From a virus (Duplodnaviria > Heunggongvirae > Uroviricota > Caudoviricetes), in the IMG/VR virus record IMGVR_UViG_3300008262_000042, positions 803 through 64,802 of that record: a DNA stretch of 64,000 bases, one strand, 5' to 3'. Shown here piece by piece: positions 36,786 to 46,766 of this stretch. The translations under genes and the position numbers were made by a program. Numbering within the stretch: position 1 is the stretch's first letter; every line of letters begins with the position of its first letter. The notes below the pieces were generated by a model. The model had not been told where the DNA came from. It searched no databases and was given only the letters and a program-made list of their open reading frames with translations.

Positions 36786-37547
36786 TTACACATATTTCCA
36801 TATATAACCACCAGCTATTTTTACTTTTCCTCTACAACAAGCGCTGATAGCTATCGATCCATAAACTTTTAAAGCTTCAGAAATAGCATTATATGTAGTA
36901 ATATACTCTCCATCTTTAGAGTACTGATTAATTTTTTTAGACATGCCATTATTACCTCCTCTGGATTTAATGGCGTTTTCAGGTTTACTCATACCGTTAT
37001 TTTTTCCACTAAACATCTCTTTGTATTTATCTTTTCTTTCTGGTGTATATGATTCTTTAATTTTTTTACGTCCCTCATCATTCATTTTCCACCCGCTCCA
37101 GTCTTTATCTCGTCTTTCTTTGGTCCATATTAATTTTATTCTATTCTCAGGTTTTTTATTAAAGTGATTATCACCAGATATACTTTTAGAAAACAGTATT
37201 CTAGCCTCTTCATATTCTTTAGAATTGGGAATGTATCTATTTCCATATCTATCTTGATTACACATTCCCCAAAAAGATCTTGTTAGTTTAATATTATTTG
37301 AATATAAGTTCGCTAATATTCTATGAGCTAAAAAATGTTCTCTAGCGGTTAAAGGAACTATATTTGGGTGATTTAAGTCATAAGCATGACCTTTTCCTCC
37401 CATACACTTAGGAGTTATATGATGTCCCTCATAGTATACACCTAAATCTCCGTTAGTTTTTTTCCATAATTTCGAATTAGTTTTTCTTATTTCTAATTCA
37501 TTTTTTGCTCTTTGACAAATTTCATTATATATCTTTTTATAGTCCAT
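36786..37547 (-). CDS. HNH homing endonuclease with NUMOD-like repeats
   Basis: HNH motif GHHITPKCMGGKGHAYDLNHPNIVPLTAREHFLAH; C-terminal repeated NGMSK modules typical of free-standing phage homing endonucleases. Confidence 0.7.
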   Translation of the reverse strand: MDYKKIYNEICQRAKNELEIRKTNSKLWKKTNGDLGVYYEGHHITPKCMGGKGHAYDLNHPNIVPLTAREHFLAHRILANLYSNNIKLTRSFWGMCNQDRYGNRYIPNSKEYEEARILFSKSISGDNHFNKKPENRIKLIWTKERRDKDWSGWKMNDEGRKKIKESYTPERKDKYKEMFSGKNNGMSKPENAIKSRGGNNGMSKKINQYSKDGEYITTYNAISEALKVYGSIAISACCRGKVKIAGGYIWKYV

Positions 37548-37667
37548 AAAAATAAAAATGGTCCAAAAAACAAAGGAGCTCTAACCTTCCTAAGTTTAAT
37601 GGACCAATAAGTTTATTATAGATAGCTAGTTAGAGTAGCAATTCTATCTATAATAAATATGTGGTAA

Positions 37668-39290
37668 TTATATTCCCATCATTCCATTCATAGGATTTTT
37701 ATTATTATCATTTTTATCTTCTACAGAAAAAACAACCGATTCTGTTGTGAGGATTGTACCTGCTACTGATGTTGCATTACGTAGTGCAGTAATTACAACT
37801 TTAGTTGGATCTATAATACCAGCTTCTATAGCGTTAACAATTTTATGATTTTTTGCATCATATACTTCACCTTCGCCTGGTACTCTATTCCACCAATCCT
37901 CAATACCTGCGTTTGATAGGATCGTTTTAAATGGTGCCTGAAGTGCCTCTCTTACGATGTCTTTTGCGATTGTTGAAGTAGTGGTGTGTTCATTTACATA
38001 ATTCAAAGATAGCCTATATAATACACTGCCGCCTCCAGGAACAATACCATCAGCTAATGCAGCTTTTGTGGCAAATAGCGCGTCTTCTAATCTATCTTTT
38101 TTCTCTTTTATTTCAATATCAGAGTTTCCTCCTACATTAATGATTGCTACTCCGCCTACCATTTTGCCTAAACGTTCTTGTAACTTTTCTTTCTCAAAGA
38201 ATGATGTCGCTCTATCAATTTGATCTTTGATTTCAATTGCTCTACTTTCAATAGCTGCTTCATCTCCTTTTCCGTCTACGATTGTTGTTTCTTCTTTTGA
38301 TACATTAACTAATTTACAAGATCCTAATTGTGCACTTAATTGAGTAACATTAATTTTATCTAGTTTATGACCTTTATCTTTTGAGATTACTTGCGCTCCT
38401 GTTAAAATTGCAATATCTTCTAAAATTAAAGTCTTTCTTTCTCCAAAATCTGGAGCTTTAACTGCACACACTTGCACTATTCCTCTCATTTTGTTTACAA
38501 TCATAGTAGCTAACGCTTCTTCTCCAAAGTCTTCTGCTACAATAAGCAACGACCTATTATTAGTATTAGCAATCTGTAAAACTGGAAGTAGCTCTTGTGC
38601 AGTAGAAATTCTACCATCATAGAGTAATATATAAGGATTTTCTAAGTTCGCTTGCATAGTAGTATTATTCGTAACAAAGTACGGGGATTTATAACCTCTA
38701 CTAAATTGCATACCTTCAACTACTTCTAAACTAGTTTCACCACTTTTAGATTCTTCAATAGTAACTACGCCATCTCTTCCAACTTTTTGTATTGCTTCTG
38801 AGATTAGGTAACCCACTTCTTCATCATTATTTCCAGAGATTGTTGCAACTTGTTTAATTTGATCTTCTGTAGAAATATCAATCGAAACTTTCTTAACTTC
38901 TTGAATTACTTCTTGAATTAAATTATCAATTTCATTTTTAACTTCAACTGCATTATTCCCCTGTCTAATTTCTTTTAAGCCAGCTTTTACCATTGTTGAA
39001 GCAATTATAGTTGATGTTGTTGTACCATCTCCTGCTTCATTAGCTGATTTAATAGACACCTGTTTAACTAATTGTGCTCCAATATCCTCAATATCATCTT
39101 CTAATTTATTAAATGACTTTGCAACGCTTACGCCATCTTTTGTAATTTTTACTTCTCCATTTTGCTCTCTAATCAAAACAGTACGTCCTCCTGGTCCTAA
39201 TGTAGAAGATACTGATGCGTTTAATTTTTCTACTCCAGCTAATAGACGTTCTTTAAGATCTTGTCCAAAAACATTTTTTGTTGTACTCAT
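37668..39290 (-). CDS. groL: chaperonin GroEL (Cpn60)
   Basis: 540 aa; N-terminus [10 protein letters not shown]...; GroEL-wide collinearity including GDGTTT and AVKAPGFG-like AVKAPDFG; Gly/Met-rich C-terminal tail NPMNGMMGI. Confidence 0.9.
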   Translation of the reverse strand: MSTTKNVFGQDLKERLLAGVEKLNASVSSTLGPGGRTVLIREQNGEVKITKDGVSVAKSFNKLEDDIEDIGAQLVKQVSIKSANEAGDGTTTSTIIASTMVKAGLKEIRQGNNAVEVKNEIDNLIQEVIQEVKKVSIDISTEDQIKQVATISGNNDEEVGYLISEAIQKVGRDGVVTIEESKSGETSLEVVEGMQFSRGYKSPYFVTNNTTMQANLENPYILLYDGRISTAQELLPVLQIANTNNRSLLIVAEDFGEEALATMIVNKMRGIVQVCAVKAPDFGERKTLILEDIAILTGAQVISKDKGHKLDKINVTQLSAQLGSCKLVNVSKEETTIVDGKGDEAAIESRAIEIKDQIDRATSFFEKEKLQERLGKMVGGVAIINVGGNSDIEIKEKKDRLEDALFATKAALADGIVPGGGSVLYRLSLNYVNEHTTTSTIAKDIVREALQAPFKTILSNAGIEDWWNRVPGEGEVYDAKNHKIVNAIEAGIIDPTKVVITALRNATSVAGTILTTESVVFSVEDKNDNNKNPMNGMMGI

Positions 39291-39296
39291 AATTTT

Positions 39297-39590
39297 TTAG
39301 TTTTCTAATATTGCTAATATTTCTGTTTCTTTGATTAAGATATAATCTTCGTTATTTAATGTGATTGCCATAGATCCCATTTTAGGAATTAATACTTTTT
39401 GGCCAGGTACTAATTTTGTTTTGTAATAATCACCTCTATGCCAATTGTAAGTATCACTAGCGCTTACAACTTCGCCCATTTCAGGTTTTTCTTTACCCAT
39501 GTCTGGAATAACAATGTTTCCATAGGTAACCTCTTGTTCTTCTATTTTTTTTAGAACTACGATTCCATTTAGTGGAGTTAACATATTCAT
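39297..39590 (-). CDS. groS: co-chaperonin GroES (Cpn10)
   Basis: 97 aa, immediately upstream of groL; LNGIVVLKKIEEQEVTYGNIVIPD and GEVVSAS pattern of GroES. Confidence 0.75.
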   Translation of the reverse strand: MNMLTPLNGIVVLKKIEEQEVTYGNIVIPDMGKEKPEMGEVVSASDTYNWHRGDYYKTKLVPGQKVLIPKMGSMAITLNNEDYILIKETEILAILEN

Positions 39591-39602
39591 TTTTATTTTT
39601 GT

Positions 39603-39818
39603 TTATTTGGTTAATAACTCTTGTTCTTTTTCTTCAACTAACTCTAGATCTTCTATTTTATCACAAAAGTATAATTTGCCATCTTTTCTAAAGACACTAT
39701 TAGCATCTAGCCATTCTTTAACTAGATCTACGTCTTTAACGTAAGATTCCTCATACACTTTCTTTAACAGAAATAGGTCTTCGTTAATTTTTAAAAATTG
39801 TTTGCAGATTGAAAACAT
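39603..39818 (-). CDS. hypothetical protein (71 aa)
   Basis: Minus-strand ORF. Confidence 0.3.
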   Translation of the reverse strand: MFSICKQFLKINEDLFLLKKVYEESYVKDVDLVKEWLDANSVFRKDGKLYFCDKIEDLELVEEKEQELLTK

Positions 39819-39844
39819 AACTTAAGCACTCAGGAAGATACGTA

Positions 39845-40315
39845 TTAATTGATTTGTACTTTTTTTACTTGTTTTTGTTCAGAGAAAGGAACGCTAATAG
39901 TTAGTAAACCTTTATCTAATTTTGCGGTTAATTTTGATAAATCGAATTTAGATGCTAATTTCCATCCTAAATCGAATGAACCTTTTTTAATTCCTTTGTA
40001 AATTACTTGTGTGTCTGGAGTATCTTTCTTTTGATACGTAATTCTTAGCGTATCGCCTTCAGTTAAGATTTCAATGTCTTCTTTGTTTAAACCAACCGCG
40101 GCGACATCAAATACGATTCCTTCTTCAGTTTCGTAAATGTCTGTGGGGTGTGATACTTTTTGTAATAAATCTGTGAATGTGGATGATGTGTTGAAGAAAT
40201 CTCTCCACAATAGATCGAACTGATCCAATGAAAATGGTCTAATGTACGTCATGTCGTTTTGTTTTGTGTTCCCGTTATAGGTGAACTGTTTAATAATTGT
40301 TTTTTTAAAATTCAT
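39845..40315 (-). CDS. small heat-shock protein (Hsp20/alpha-crystallin)
   Basis: 156 aa; alpha-crystallin-domain-like EDIEILTEGDTLRITYQK...GLLTISVP. Confidence 0.7.
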   Translation of the reverse strand: MNFKKTIIKQFTYNGNTKQNDMTYIRPFSLDQFDLLWRDFFNTSSTFTDLLQKVSHPTDIYETEEGIVFDVAAVGLNKEDIEILTEGDTLRITYQKKDTPDTQVIYKGIKKGSFDLGWKLASKFDLSKLTAKLDKGLLTISVPFSEQKQVKKVQIN

Positions 40316-40386
40316 AACTTGCCTACCTGAGTGCTTTATTTTTAATAAATATATTACTTTTTTATAAATTATAGCATTTTTAATTC

Positions 40387-42693
40387 CTAGTGACCATCGC
40401 GAAGATTCTTAGCAATCGCAGGTGGAGCAACTAATTCTATGCTTAACTTTGTTGTATTCTCCATTTTATCTTGGACTATTTTAGCTGCTTCTTCTGCTTT
40501 AGATTCTTCTACTTCCATTACGAGCTGATCATGTATCTGTGCTATTACTTGGCCTCTTATATTTTTATTTTTAAATTCTCTATTTATCGCAATCGCTGCT
40601 CGATTTACTATAGAAGCCGCTAGACTTTGAATTTGGAAATTCATAGAGTTATTTAATCCATTAACATAATCTCTAACTATGCCTTTAGCTTTATCTTTTC
40701 CGTATTTATATTCTAATTGTTTTTTGAATTCCCAATCGAATAAACTTTCACCAAATACTTCATGTAATTTTTTAACTTTTGGTAAATGCCTAATTCTTCC
40801 AACTTGACTTGTTATATAACCGCTATCTTTTGCTTTTTGTTTAGATTGTTCCATCCACTTCTTAAGTTCTGGAAATCCGTTTAGATAACCATCAACAAGT
40901 TTTTGTGCTTCTTTTTTAGTTACTCCAATTGTCATACCTAATGCATACGCTCCCATACCATATGGTATACCTAATGAATATGATTTGGCTTTATTTCTTA
41001 ATTGAGGTGCTACCTTTTTTAAGAAGTTTGGAGATTTTTTATCTGGTGAGTACTGATCTAATTTCTCTGTTTTAATAGCGATAGTAGAGTAGAAGTCCCA
41101 GTTGTTTCTAAAAATATCTTTAAGTCCATCATCTCCTGATACGTGAGAAAACACTTTAGGTTCAAGAGATTCATAGTCACAGTCTATGAAAATGTTGCCC
41201 TCTTTTGGTACAAAGAATGCACGAATCATATTATTGTATTCTATAACGATTGGATCATCATCACCTTCTTCTTTAGGTCTAGGTAGCTGTTGAGCATCAG
41301 ATCCATATCTACCAGAAACTGTAGCATGTTGTTTGTAGTAGAAGTAATAGTTTCCTAACTCTTCATTTTCTAAGAAACGATCAATATACGTAGATTTTAT
41401 TTTAAGTAGTTTGTTATATATACGTAAGCTTTTTGCCCATGGGTGCTTATCTGCTATTGATTGTATTAGATCATCATCAAATTGTGGCTTACCTGTTTTT
41501 GTTGAAGATAATGGTTTAATACCTAAAGCAGCAAAAGCTATCTCTCCCATATGGTCTTTTGACTGTATGTTAAAATAACTACCATTATTATTATCTTTCC
41601 ATAATTTTACACAAACCTTTATAATCACATCTTCAGATAACAACTTCTCATCTCCTGTAAGAAAGAAGTTTTTTACGTCACCATCAGGTAAGTTTGCTAC
41701 TGAATTAGCATTTATGGAATATTTACCACTTGCTGATCTTGGAAACTCTAATTTTAATTCATCTATAAGTTCTTGAGCAAATGTGCCTTTACTATTAGGT
41801 GGATATGCTTCCATAGCTTTGTAGACTATCCAGGTGCGCACTGCTTGCTTTTCTAATAAAGCTTCAATAACTATATTATGGTATTTTTTTAGATCTTCTG
41901 CGATCTTTGTTTTAGCTTCTGTTATAAGCGGCATATCTAATCTAACACCACATTCTTCCATAGGTATTGTAACTTCTTTATATAGTGGCATTACTTCATC
42001 TTCATAAAAGAATTTTACTAGACCTTCTTTTTCTAATATTGTAGAAAAGTAGTAGAATATTCTTAAAGCTAAATCAGTATCTGCAATAGCATATTTTGCT
42101 AGTATTTCTAAATCTGCTTTATAAATTTCATAGTTATCTTTTGATGTAGATCCACCATTCTTTTTTATTGATGCTTTTAGTTCTATTTGCTCTTCATTCG
42201 CTTCTTTTTCTACATCAAGACCTATTTCTTCTTGAACCATTTTAGCAATTTCTTTTAATGCAAAAGGTGAATTAGATCCAAATCCAGCGCCTTCCTCTTT
42301 AACAGTATGAACCATTAGCATCGTATCTGCGTGTATGTATGGAGTTAGATCTATTCCATAGAAACATTTTACGAATCTACAGTCAAAGGACAGATTGTGC
42401 CCAATAATACTTTTACTAGTAAGTAGTTGAATGATTTTTTTAGCAATATCATGACAAAGCTCACCATGTATTTGATGATCTTTTAATTCATCATTTTCAA
42501 ATACCATAGTAGGTAAATAATATCCTGAGCCTGGTGAAGTACTTACAGAAAAACCAATTATTTTTCCAGTTCTAGGATTTAATGAATTGGTTTCAGTATC
42601 GAATGATATTAGATTTGATTCTAAAACATATTTAGCAAGATCCTTTATTTTTTCTAAAGAATCTACTAATACATAACTTTTTTGTGTAGACAT
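40387..42693 (-). CDS. family A DNA polymerase with 3'-5' exonuclease domain
   Basis: Exo I LISFDTETNSL; Pol motif A IDCDYESLEPKVFSHV, motif B KAKSYSLGIPYGMG, motif C QIHDQLVMEV. Confidence 0.9.
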   Translation of the reverse strand: MSTQKSYVLVDSLEKIKDLAKYVLESNLISFDTETNSLNPRTGKIIGFSVSTSPGSGYYLPTMVFENDELKDHQIHGELCHDIAKKIIQLLTSKSIIGHNLSFDCRFVKCFYGIDLTPYIHADTMLMVHTVKEEGAGFGSNSPFALKEIAKMVQEEIGLDVEKEANEEQIELKASIKKNGGSTSKDNYEIYKADLEILAKYAIADTDLALRIFYYFSTILEKEGLVKFFYEDEVMPLYKEVTIPMEECGVRLDMPLITEAKTKIAEDLKKYHNIVIEALLEKQAVRTWIVYKAMEAYPPNSKGTFAQELIDELKLEFPRSASGKYSINANSVANLPDGDVKNFFLTGDEKLLSEDVIIKVCVKLWKDNNNGSYFNIQSKDHMGEIAFAALGIKPLSSTKTGKPQFDDDLIQSIADKHPWAKSLRIYNKLLKIKSTYIDRFLENEELGNYYFYYKQHATVSGRYGSDAQQLPRPKEEGDDDPIVIEYNNMIRAFFVPKEGNIFIDCDYESLEPKVFSHVSGDDGLKDIFRNNWDFYSTIAIKTEKLDQYSPDKKSPNFLKKVAPQLRNKAKSYSLGIPYGMGAYALGMTIGVTKKEAQKLVDGYLNGFPELKKWMEQSKQKAKDSGYITSQVGRIRHLPKVKKLHEVFGESLFDWEFKKQLEYKYGKDKAKGIVRDYVNGLNNSMNFQIQSLAASIVNRAAIAINREFKNKNIRGQVIAQIHDQLVMEVEESKAEEAAKIVQDKMENTTKLSIELVAPPAIAKNLRDGH

Positions 42694-42695
42694 AA

Positions 42696-42896
42696 CTATT
42701 CTTCTTTTTTACTTTTTTTATTTTTGTATGGAAATAATTCGTTTAGCTTTTCTTGTCTTCGAGTACAACCGCAATCCTCTTCTCCTAATGCTTCTGCTAT
42801 TACAGCTGCTAACTTATCGATTTGGAGTAGTTCTGTAAATTTTGCTACAGTATCACCAAGACCTTCAGACTCAACTTTCTTTTTTTCCTTCTTCAT
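42696..42896 (-). CDS. hypothetical protein (66 aa)
   Basis: Minus-strand ORF with a CGC Cys pair. Confidence 0.3.
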   Translation of the reverse strand: MKKEKKKVESEGLGDTVAKFTELLQIDKLAAVIAEALGEEDCGCTRRQEKLNELFPYKNKKSKKEE

Positions 42897-43059
42897 CTTG
42901 TTTACCTTTGATGTATAATAATACTGCTAATACGTTATTTGCTAAAATATCTATATGTTTTTTCATTCTATTTATTTCGTATCTTTGATATACTTGTAAT
43001 ACTAATAATAGAATGCATATAATAAAATACAAATTTTGTTGGTTTAATGTAAAAGTCAT
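42871..43059 (-). CDS. small membrane protein (62 aa)
   Basis: One TM helix. Confidence 0.3.
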   Translation of the reverse strand: MTFTLNQQNLYFIICILLLVLQVYQRYEINRMKKHIDILANNVLAVLLYIKGKQDEEGKKES

Positions 43060-43187
43060 TTTTTGTTTAAATATAACTATATTATCTTATAAAATAAAAT
43101 AAATATTTTTAGTAGAATTATGTTACGTAACTTGAAATCTAAATTTCCAACCACGATATAATCCTCTTTCATATATGAAATGCGTTA

Positions 43188-45050
43188 TTAAAACTCATTT
43201 ACAGTACACGCACCACCAGCACAAGCAACTTCATTTTTTAAATCCGTAGTATCATCATACTCTATAACTTTAGATAGATCTATATTTGTTAAGTGTTCTA
43301 CCATTTCATTATACTTTTCTTCAGTACAATCTTCAAAAGGAGCTTGAATATATGTGTGATCTGAATACGGTAATACGGATAATCCATTATAGTATTTTCT
43401 ATTTTCCCACATCCATTTACCTACATTATCCCATTCTCCTTGTTTTATAGATACAGTTGCAGAAATATTGTGAGTATTTTGTCCCGTTACGTGACCTGGT
43501 TTTATCCAATTAGTATAAAAAAACTTAACTCGTTCTAGTAGATCAATTGCAGATTCTGTTCTTAGAATTGATCCAACTGGTGCTTTTTGTGGTACAGAAA
43601 TAACTGCGGTATCATGTGGTCTAAAATACTCGTCTTCTACTAATTCTGGATGGTGGATAGATAGGTGTGTATAGATTGCTTCATTTTTACCTACTCTTAT
43701 TCTTCTAATATAGTGATCATTATGCCAAGCGTGGATTCCACTAGAAGTTCCTAAGGTTAAAGATGATGTTCCAGAAGGTTTGATAGTAGTGCATCTCGCA
43801 GCTGTATTGATACCTAGTATTTTTGCTACTCTTTCATTTTCTTTTCTTACAACATCAGCTGCTTCTTTTAGATCTAGATTTTGTGCCTTTCCTGATCCAA
43901 TACCTGTCATACCAACTCCAATAAGTGCTTCTTTTTCAGTTGTACGTTGCCAAATAGGTCTCAAATAATGGAAATTAGTATAAGATGCTTGTAAAGTTCC
44001 TATAAACGCTGCAGCTTTTACTCTATTGTTAAGATCTTCTTGTGATTGTACATCACTGACATTAACTTCGCATAAATTACAGAATTGATAAGGACGTAAA
44101 GCAATTTCGCAACACGGGTTTGTTCCCCAATCTTTATCGTTTGAGAAATAAATTCCAGGTTCTCCTGCTCCAGAAGCTTCTATTTTTTTCCATAAATTAA
44201 AAAAGAATTCTTCTGTTATTTTATTTCTAAGTAATACAGCTGAATTATTTGCTCTTCCTCTTTGAGGATTTTGTTCCCACCATGCTCCTGATTTTGCTGC
44301 GATCATATCTTGATCATCTGCGCTGAATAAGCAAATTAAAGCGGCTCTTCTAATTCCTCCAGCTAATACTGCGTCTGCAATATGACATACTATATCATGT
44401 ACTTCTATGGTAGTTAATTTGTCATTATCTTCTTTTCTAGATAAGATACCTTCTAACTTAACTAAACATTCTTTTAATGGTTGTGGACCTGGTGCTTTAC
44501 CTCCAGAAGTAATAAGTGCAGCACCTTTTGGTCTAATGTCTGAGAAATCAAAATTAATTACTGATCCTCCTCCAAAATATGATTTGATTAATACTTTAAC
44601 AGCGTCTGCCCAACCTTCGATACTATCACTTATTAGGTATCTTCTATGCTTTTTTTGGTTTGGTTTTCTTATCTCTGGAAGTTTATCAATATGATGAGAT
44701 TGTACTGAATATCCTACGCCTGTTCCGCCTAATAAAAGAAACATAATCTCTGAAAAAGATCTTAGATCGTCAATTGGAAGATAAGCGCAGTTATATATTC
44801 TATTAGGAGAAATTTCTATTGATTTACCAGCAAATTGCATACTTCTCATTGAAGGTAAAATCATCTTATTATAAACTAGCTCATACGCGTCTTCTATTTC
44901 ATTTAACAAATTAGGAAACTTTTTAATATGCATTTCCTTATTTCTATCTACTAATTCTTCCCAAGACTCTCTTCTATTTACTAATTTGTTAAATTTTGCA
45001 TACTTCATGTATACAGTTAAATCACTAAGAATGCTTTGCGTAATGTGCAT
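43188..45050 (-). CDS. ribonucleotide reductase catalytic protein (probably class II, adenosylcobalamin-dependent NrdJ-like)
   Basis: Active-site block NPCCEIALRPYQFCNLCEVN (NPCGE...CNL pattern of RNRs). Single 620-aa gene with no adjacent small subunit or activase. Confidence 0.7.
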   Translation of the reverse strand: MHITQSILSDLTVYMKYAKFNKLVNRRESWEELVDRNKEMHIKKFPNLLNEIEDAYELVYNKMILPSMRSMQFAGKSIEISPNRIYNCAYLPIDDLRSFSEIMFLLLGGTGVGYSVQSHHIDKLPEIRKPNQKKHRRYLISDSIEGWADAVKVLIKSYFGGGSVINFDFSDIRPKGAALITSGGKAPGPQPLKECLVKLEGILSRKEDNDKLTTIEVHDIVCHIADAVLAGGIRRAALICLFSADDQDMIAAKSGAWWEQNPQRGRANNSAVLLRNKITEEFFFNLWKKIEASGAGEPGIYFSNDKDWGTNPCCEIALRPYQFCNLCEVNVSDVQSQEDLNNRVKAAAFIGTLQASYTNFHYLRPIWQRTTEKEALIGVGMTGIGSGKAQNLDLKEAADVVRKENERVAKILGINTAARCTTIKPSGTSSLTLGTSSGIHAWHNDHYIRRIRVGKNEAIYTHLSIHHPELVEDEYFRPHDTAVISVPQKAPVGSILRTESAIDLLERVKFFYTNWIKPGHVTGQNTHNISATVSIKQGEWDNVGKWMWENRKYYNGLSVLPYSDHTYIQAPFEDCTEEKYNEMVEHLTNIDLSKVIEYDDTTDLKNEVACAGGACTVNEF

Positions 45051-45152
45051 TTTAAAATTAAATTTTTAAGTTCAAACAATATTTTTTACCCTCAAGTATT
45101 TAACTTGAGAAAATAGCTCTTCAATGTGTTAGCTAATTATTACCCGTAGGTA

Positions 45153-45341
45153 TTAAGGATTGTTACCAGTGTCAGTACTAGTAGCAGTTGCAGACAAATT
45201 AGATACGCCAGATTTAGCGTTTCTAGAATTGCTTTTATTTACTCTTTCTGCAAAGAAATATCCAACGTATTTAACTGGATTTTCTACAATTCTAAAGTTA
45301 TTGCCTTTAACAGATTTTATAAATTTTGTAAGTAAGCTCAT
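45153..45341 (-). CDS. hypothetical protein (62 aa)
   Basis: Minus-strand ORF. Confidence 0.3.
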   Translation of the reverse strand: MSLLTKFIKSVKGNNFRIVENPVKYVGYFFAERVNKSNSRNAKSGVSNLSATATSTDTGNNP

Positions 45342-45385
45342 AATATACCGTTATTTGTACTAATAAATATGCGACTTTTTGATAG

Positions 45386-46765
45386 TTATAATCCAAGTTC
45401 GAAAAACTTATTAGATAAATATTTTTTCTCCTCTTGATCTATTTTAGAAAATCCAGATTTTCCATTTTTTTCTGATTCTACTACTAAATCACCATCATCT
45501 AATTCAGAAGAATCGATTTCTATGTGGCCATTTGCGGTATTAATTTTAGCTGCGAATGTCATACCATCAGACCCAAATCTATTCTTAATAACATGTATTC
45601 TACCAGTACCTGCAAGCTTATCACCTCTTTTTCTTGACAATGACATCGCAAAGTCAGCAATCATTATTTTATCATATGATCCTGCGATTTTATCTGCTTC
45701 AATAATATCATCTTTCGAACCAGTTCTATTTACTTGAGATACAGTCCATATAGGCGTCTTTAGTTGCCTTGCTAAACCCTTAATTGATGTATATACGTCA
45801 TCGATTTGATCTTTTCTTTCTGATGATTTCGATCTAGATCTAAGTAAGTCTACATAGTCTATGATAATCAAATCTGGTTTGTGTCCTAGAGTTGTGCACT
45901 TTTGAATATGGCTTTCTATTGTTGAAGGCGTAGTTTTACCCATAGGAAACTCTCTAATAATCAATTTAGCGGGTAAACTATCTACAGTACTTTCAATCAA
46001 AGATCTATATTCTTTTTTATGTATATTTTGGAATTCTATTCCAGTAAGCATTGAGTCATATCTTTTTGCTACGTACTCTTGTGATAGTTCTAATGTGTAG
46101 TGACAAACATTATAACCTGCTTTTACAGCCCAAGCGCCAAGATTAATTAAGAACCAAGATTTACCACCACCTGGAGATCCTAAAACCATGCCTAAATCTC
46201 CAGCGCCTAATCCACCCATTAGTAATTCATTAATATGTGGCCAAACAGTAGGAACTGCGCCTCTTTCTTCTAATCTATATCTAGTTTCTATATCTTTTTC
46301 GTATTCATGACCTAGATCTCTGCTTTGTCCAGCTTTTAGAGCATTATCAATAATATTTCTAATATCATCGTATTGACCTTTTGATAGTAATTCTACAGAA
46401 TTCATCAAAGCTTTCTTTAGCTGTTGATTTTTACAGAAGTTGCTAAACTCTATTTCAACATACTCTTGATCTTCATTAATAGCTTTTAATGATTCCTTTA
46501 ATTGCTCAACGACAGTGATTCTTAATATTTCATTCTCTATCTTTTTTACTTCTACGGATAAGTACTCTGGAGTTGGATTAGTATGATATTTAGAATAATA
46601 TTTTAAAGTCTCTTCTACAATCCATTTATGCGCTGGATTATCAAACTCTTCTGGATTAAGGAGATCATACACTCCATGAAGAAACTCTTTATGTTTTAAA
46701 AGAGATGATATAACTTTTATTTGGAATGAAATTCCGTACGCTTGTAACGTATTTAATGTACCCAT
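45386..46765 (-). CDS. DnaB-family replicative helicase
   Basis: Walker A GSPGGGKSWFLINL, Walker B LIIIDYVDLL, SQVNR arginine-finger region; 459 aa. Confidence 0.8.
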   Translation of the reverse strand: MGTLNTLQAYGISFQIKVISSLLKHKEFLHGVYDLLNPEEFDNPAHKWIVEETLKYYSKYHTNPTPEYLSVEVKKIENEILRITVVEQLKESLKAINEDQEYVEIEFSNFCKNQQLKKALMNSVELLSKGQYDDIRNIIDNALKAGQSRDLGHEYEKDIETRYRLEERGAVPTVWPHINELLMGGLGAGDLGMVLGSPGGGKSWFLINLGAWAVKAGYNVCHYTLELSQEYVAKRYDSMLTGIEFQNIHKKEYRSLIESTVDSLPAKLIIREFPMGKTTPSTIESHIQKCTTLGHKPDLIIIDYVDLLRSRSKSSERKDQIDDVYTSIKGLARQLKTPIWTVSQVNRTGSKDDIIEADKIAGSYDKIMIADFAMSLSRKRGDKLAGTGRIHVIKNRFGSDGMTFAAKINTANGHIEIDSSELDDGDLVVESEKNGKSGFSKIDQEEKKYLSNKFFELGL

Positions 46766-46766
46766 A

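Noticed and set aside
37561-37606. Possible hairpin ggtcca...tggacc upstream of the HNH endonuclease gene
   Set aside because: Arms are only 6 bp with a ~34-nt loop and no adjacent T-run; too weak to call as a terminator or regulatory structure.
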